DNA of 64,000 nucleotides from Candidatus Eiseniibacteriota bacterium (GTDB lineage Bacteria; Eisenbacteria; RBG-16-71-46; CAIMUX01; VGJL01): NCBI GenBank assembly GCA_041946735.1, contig JBHGAY010000028.1, positions 1 to 64,000 of the forward strand, read 5' to 3'. Shown piece by piece: positions 60,418 to 64,000 of this stretch (position 1 is its first letter; each line of letters starts with the position of its first letter). The notes under the pieces were generated by a model. It saw only the letters and a program-made list of their open reading frames with translations, ran no database searches and was not told where the DNA came from. The position numbers and the translations under genes were made by a program.

Positions 60418-62637
60418 CTAATCGGCCAAAACGATCCGACCGCGCCAGGTTTCGTCGCCTGCCTGGCCGCGCACCAGATAGATCCCTCGTGGTAGACGGC
60501 GGCCCTGCGCGTCCCGTCCGTCCCATGTGACAGACGAAGCGGCGCCGCTCATCAAGAGCCTGCGCACGACGCGGCCGGCGGTGTCGTAGATCTCGAGACT
60601 CCGCGCCGCGTCCGTCCCGCCCTGGCGTGGCTCCCAGTGGATCGTCGCGCCCCCGGACGTCGGATTCGGAGCGACGACCAGGGATGTCACGAAGCCGCCC
60701 GGCAGCGACTCGGAGACGTCCGCACTTGCGCACTGGGCGGGAACGAGCTGGAGATTAGCACCCGCCACGCAGACCACGTCGTTCCCCGGCGCAATCGCCT
60801 CCGCGCCTCTCATCCAGAGGCGCCCGAGTTCCACGGGCGACCACGGGTTGCCGACGTCGAAGACCTGCAAGCCGATCTCAGTGCTGACGAAATAGGCGCA
60901 GCCTGCGTGAACACGCGTCTCGACACCGTGGTCCATCGTGGGAAGCGTCGTGATCAGCTGAGGCGCGGCCGGGTTCGTTACGTCGATCAAATGGACCCCG
61001 ACCATCTCCGACGTCAGGTAGACGACCGAACCGTCGATGTCGATCCCGAGGAAGTCGCCCGGAGGATCCAGGCTGCCCACGAGGGACGGGGACGACGGGT
61101 CGGAGACATCGACGACGAGTAGCCCTGCGGTGATGTCCGCGATGTATGCATACGAGCCCTGGACGACGACGTCATACGCGCGATCCGGGACCGAGTAGTG
61201 CCCCACGATCTGCGGGGCGGCGGGATTGGTGAGGTCCACGATCTGCAACCCGCCCGACCCATCGGCGACGTAGGCGTAGCTTCCGTCCACGACGATCTCA
61301 CGCGGCGAGCCGGGCGTGTCGACAGCGCCGACGGTCTGCGGCGACGAGGGATTCGTGACGCGGACGATCTGCACCCCGGCATACCGCTCCGCCGCGCACG
61401 CATAGGTCTCGCCTCCCGCGTGGTACAGAGCCAGCCCGGAGATCTCTCGTTCTAGCGGCCGGTACCCGACGAGCTGCGGAGCGCTCGGATCGGCGATGCT
61501 GAAGATCTCGAGCGCAGGGTCCGGCGCTCCGGTATAGGCGAGCGCGCCCTCCACGACCACCTCGTGCTCCTGATACCAGGGAGCCGAGCCGAGCACCGGC
61601 GGCGTGGTCGGATTCGTGCCGTCGATCACGTGCAGCAGGCCTGGCGATGTGCTCGAGCAAACAATGGCAATGGGCTGCCGGAGCGCGAGGCCGATGCATT
61701 CGTGCGGCAGGCCGATGCTGGCCTGGAGGCGCATGGAACCGGGCGTCGTCGTGTCGAGGACTTGCAGCACGCCGAAGTCGAGTCCGAGCTCGCCGTCGAG
61801 CGTGCCGCCGACGAACCAGACCTGTCCCTCGACCGAAGCGATTCCGAGGGTCCTGCATCCGGGGCTATACGATCCCAGCATCGAGGGAGCGGCGGGGCTC
61901 GCGATGCTGATCTCGTCGATGGTCTGACTCGTGCTCACCCAGAGCCTGTCTCCCGAAGCGCACAAGGCGAAGCCTTCGCCCGTCGTCGGGCAGGAGCCTT
62001 CAAGATGCGGCGCGGCCGGGTTCGAGACGGAGATCGCCTGTACCCCGCCGTTGGTCGCCGCATACACGTACGATCCCCACTTGACCACACCGCGCACGAT
62101 CCCAGGGATGTAAACCGCGCCTTCCAGGTGCGGCGCCGCCGGGTTCGAGACGTCGATCACTTGCAGGGAGCTCGACGTACTCATGTAGACGAAGTTGCCC
62201 GATGCCGATACTCCCCACCCGTAGCTGGGCGGGTCGAAAGAGCCCACCACGACCGGGGCTGCCGGATTGGCGATGCTCAGCACGGCGAAGCCTAGAAGGT
62301 CGCTGGCGACGTAGAGATATCCCGCCGCGCTCGCGATCCCCTTCGTCACTCCGACGCCGGCGTCGCTCACGACGACCACGGGGGCGTCCTGGTTGGAGAT
62401 GTCGACGACCTGGAGCCTGCTCCCCGTAACGTAGGCATAGTCTCCGGCAACGGCGACCTCGCGAGCGGACGAGAGATCGACGGCCCCGAGCGGCTGCAAG
62501 TGCCCGGCCCAGTCAATGCACTCGCCCCCGGCAGAGGGCACGGTAACGATCGCACCGATCATCAAAACGACGAGCGTCCGTACCAGCTCAAGCCGAGACG
62601 GACGCACCCGGAACGACTTCGTCACAACAGGATTCAT
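60418..62637 (-). CDS. Secreted LVIVD-repeat beta-propeller protein with C-terminal FlgD-Ig domain, ~739 aa
   Basis: More than 10 repeats of 'V.G.YAYVA....GLQ(I/V)VD(I/V)SNP..P..VG'. C-terminal 'APNPT...IYDTAGRVVR...WDGRDAQG...GIYLVR'. Confidence 0.9.
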   Translation of the reverse strand: MNPVVTKSFRVRPSRLELVRTLVVLMIGAIVTVPSAGGECIDWAGHLQPLGAVDLSSAREVAVAGDYAYVTGSRLQVVDISNQDAPVVVVSDAGVGVTKGIASAAGYLYVASDLLGFAVLSIANPAAPVVVGSFDPPSYGWGVSASGNFVYMSTSSSLQVIDVSNPAAPHLEGAVYIPGIVRGVVKWGSYVYAATNGGVQAISVSNPAAPHLEGSCPTTGEGFALCASGDRLWVSTSQTIDEISIASPAAPSMLGSYSPGCRTLGIASVEGQVWFVGGTLDGELGLDFGVLQVLDTTTPGSMRLQASIGLPHECIGLALRQPIAIVCSSTSPGLLHVIDGTNPTTPPVLGSAPWYQEHEVVVEGALAYTGAPDPALEIFSIADPSAPQLVGYRPLEREISGLALYHAGGETYACAAERYAGVQIVRVTNPSSPQTVGAVDTPGSPREIVVDGSYAYVADGSGGLQIVDLTNPAAPQIVGHYSVPDRAYDVVVQGSYAYIADITAGLLVVDVSDPSSPSLVGSLDPPGDFLGIDIDGSVVYLTSEMVGVHLIDVTNPAAPQLITTLPTMDHGVETRVHAGCAYFVSTEIGLQVFDVGNPWSPVELGRLWMRGAEAIAPGNDVVCVAGANLQLVPAQCASADVSESLPGGFVTSLVVAPNPTSGGATIHWEPRQGGTDAARSLEIYDTAGRVVRRLLMSGAASSVTWDGRDAQGRRLPRGIYLVRGQAGDETWRGRIVLAD

Positions 62638-62883
62638 GATCACGGCGGCCTCTCCTCTGAGCCTCGAGCGCTCAACGCCGCGGCAAGCGGCAAGACAGCC
62701 AGGCACATTTCGCGTCCACCGGGGGGTGGTCGCTCACCAGCACACTCGACCGCACAATAGGATACGCCTTTCGAGCACAGTGCGGTAGGGCCGCCTTCCC
62801 TTGAGCTCGCATCTCGGAAGCGGGATCATCGTATCCGCCGGGGCGGCTCCCGGAATCGAAAGCCGGGTAGCCAGGTGGCCACG

Positions 62884-64000
62884 ATGCCGAAGCGACGTTG
62901 GACCGCGACCGCGATCTTGCTTCTCGCCACGCTCGGATCGATCCCGCAGGCGGGACTGGCTGGGGAAGAACCGTCCCGCAACGAGGTCCTCAAGCAACGC
63001 CGGAAGAGCATCGAGGCGCTGCGCGATCCCTCCCAGCTCGAGCCATGGCCCTGGTACCGCTACGCGGGCCCGCTCCGCGATGATCTGAAGGCCGCCCTCC
63101 AGGAACAGGTGCGCCAGCACCCGGGCGAATGGGCGCTCGAGCTGGAGTTGGCGAAGGTCCGGCTCGGCGCGAGCCTGAGCGACCTCGAAGGGGCGCTGAA
63201 GCACTTCCGCAAGGTACTGGACGGAATCGACGAAGAGAGGGCGTCCCACCCCCAGGATTGGCTTCCCGGAACTCCGAAAGCCGAGCGCTATCGCCCGGCC
63301 TACGACGAGGCGCTCTACCTGCACTCGCTCGTCAAGTTGAAGTGGGCCTTGCGGCGATGGGTCGGTTCTCCGGAAGCGGCGCAGGAAGTGGCTGAGCGGT
63401 TGCGATCCTATGCCGACGTCGAGACCCGTTTCCTTGCCGAGACCCGCTCCCTTGCTGAAACCCGCTCCCTTGCCAAGAGCCGCTTCCGTCCCGCCGGTCC
63501 CGGTGCGGCAATCCCGGATGCCACCCGGTTCCTCGCGTTCGCCAACCTCCATCCGGAGTGGGGGAAGGAGCTGCTGACGACCCTGCTCTGCGCCCGGATC
63601 ATCGCGAACGGGGATGCGCGGCCGAGCACGAAGGAGATGACCGACATCGCCGACGCCCTTGCGGAGATCGGGCCGGCGGACCCTTGGGTGCATCTCTGGC
63701 GCGGACTCGTCCTGTGGGAGAATCCGCTCCGCCACTTCGAGGCCGAGTCGAGCTTCGACACCGGCTTCGAGCTCGCGCGCCAAGCGCTGAAGCGTGCTTC
63801 TTCCGAGGAACGGCCCGAGAAGAAGCCGTCCTGCCGCGGCCTTAGGTCCTCCGATCTCGAGGTCCTCGCCTCCCCGCGCTGGCTCTTCCCGGGGCGCGAG
63901 ATCGGCGAGAGGCAATACCTGCGGGACGTCCAAGGGATCGCCGGGTATCGCGCGACCTTGATGAAGGCGGAGCTACGCTTCGGGCTTCCGGATCTGCCGG
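62884..64000 (+). CDS. Exported hypothetical (helical, TPR-like) protein, partial, runs off the window
   Basis: Translated by hand from ATG 62884 (MPKRRWTATAILLLATLGSIPQAGLAG...) with no stop before 64000. Missing from the ORF track. Contains an 18-bp triple repeat at 63421-63474 (ETRFLA/ETRSLA/ETRSLA). Confidence 0.75.
   Translation, partial: MPKRRWTATAILLLATLGSIPQAGLAGEEPSRNEVLKQRRKSIEALRDPSQLEPWPWYRYAGPLRDDLKAALQEQVRQHPGEWALELELAKVRLGASLSDLEGALKHFRKVLDGIDEERASHPQDWLPGTPKAERYRPAYDEALYLHSLVKLKWALRRWVGSPEAAQEVAERLRSYADVETRFLAETRSLAETRSLAKSRFRPAGPGAAIPDATRFLAFANLHPEWGKELLTTLLCARIIANGDARPSTKEMTDIADALAEIGPADPWVHLWRGLVLWENPLRHFEAESSFDTGFELARQALKRASSEERPEKKPSCRGLRSSDLEVLASPRWLFPGREIGERQYLRDVQGIAGYRATLMKAELRFGLPDLP

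Overview
High-GC bacterial chromosomal window with about 38 genes and no rRNA, tRNA, CRISPR array or mobile element that I can see. Several secreted proteins end in FlgD-Ig/T9SS-like domains and one ends in a 'TTLGRVKALYR' tail. I associate this pattern with Ca. Eisenbacteria/Latescibacterota/Krumholzibacteriota-type lineages (inference only). Two loci stand out. (1) A five-gene minus-strand operon at 56.1-59.9 kb encodes an outer-membrane barrel, TusA, DsrE, a TusA-OsmC fusion and a MetE-like enzyme. Its first and last genes each contain an in-frame TGA, followed after exactly 18 nt by the apical loop of a SECIS-like hairpin. These are two probable selenoproteins that the ORF track splits or truncates. 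(2) A ~20 kb minus-strand operon at 25.2-44.8 kb holds six clear and one divergent paralogs of an uncharacterised family, an embedded phospholipase D, a SnoaL-like cyclase and a terpene-cyclase/ABBA-prenyltransferase-like fusion. Also present: a poly-HAMP (13 x 92 aa) hybrid kinase phosphorelay cluster, a secretin-PilT-like-invasin cluster whose ATPase lacks both His-box histidines, peptidases (S46, M12), an OPT transporter and a frameshifted SBBP gene relic.
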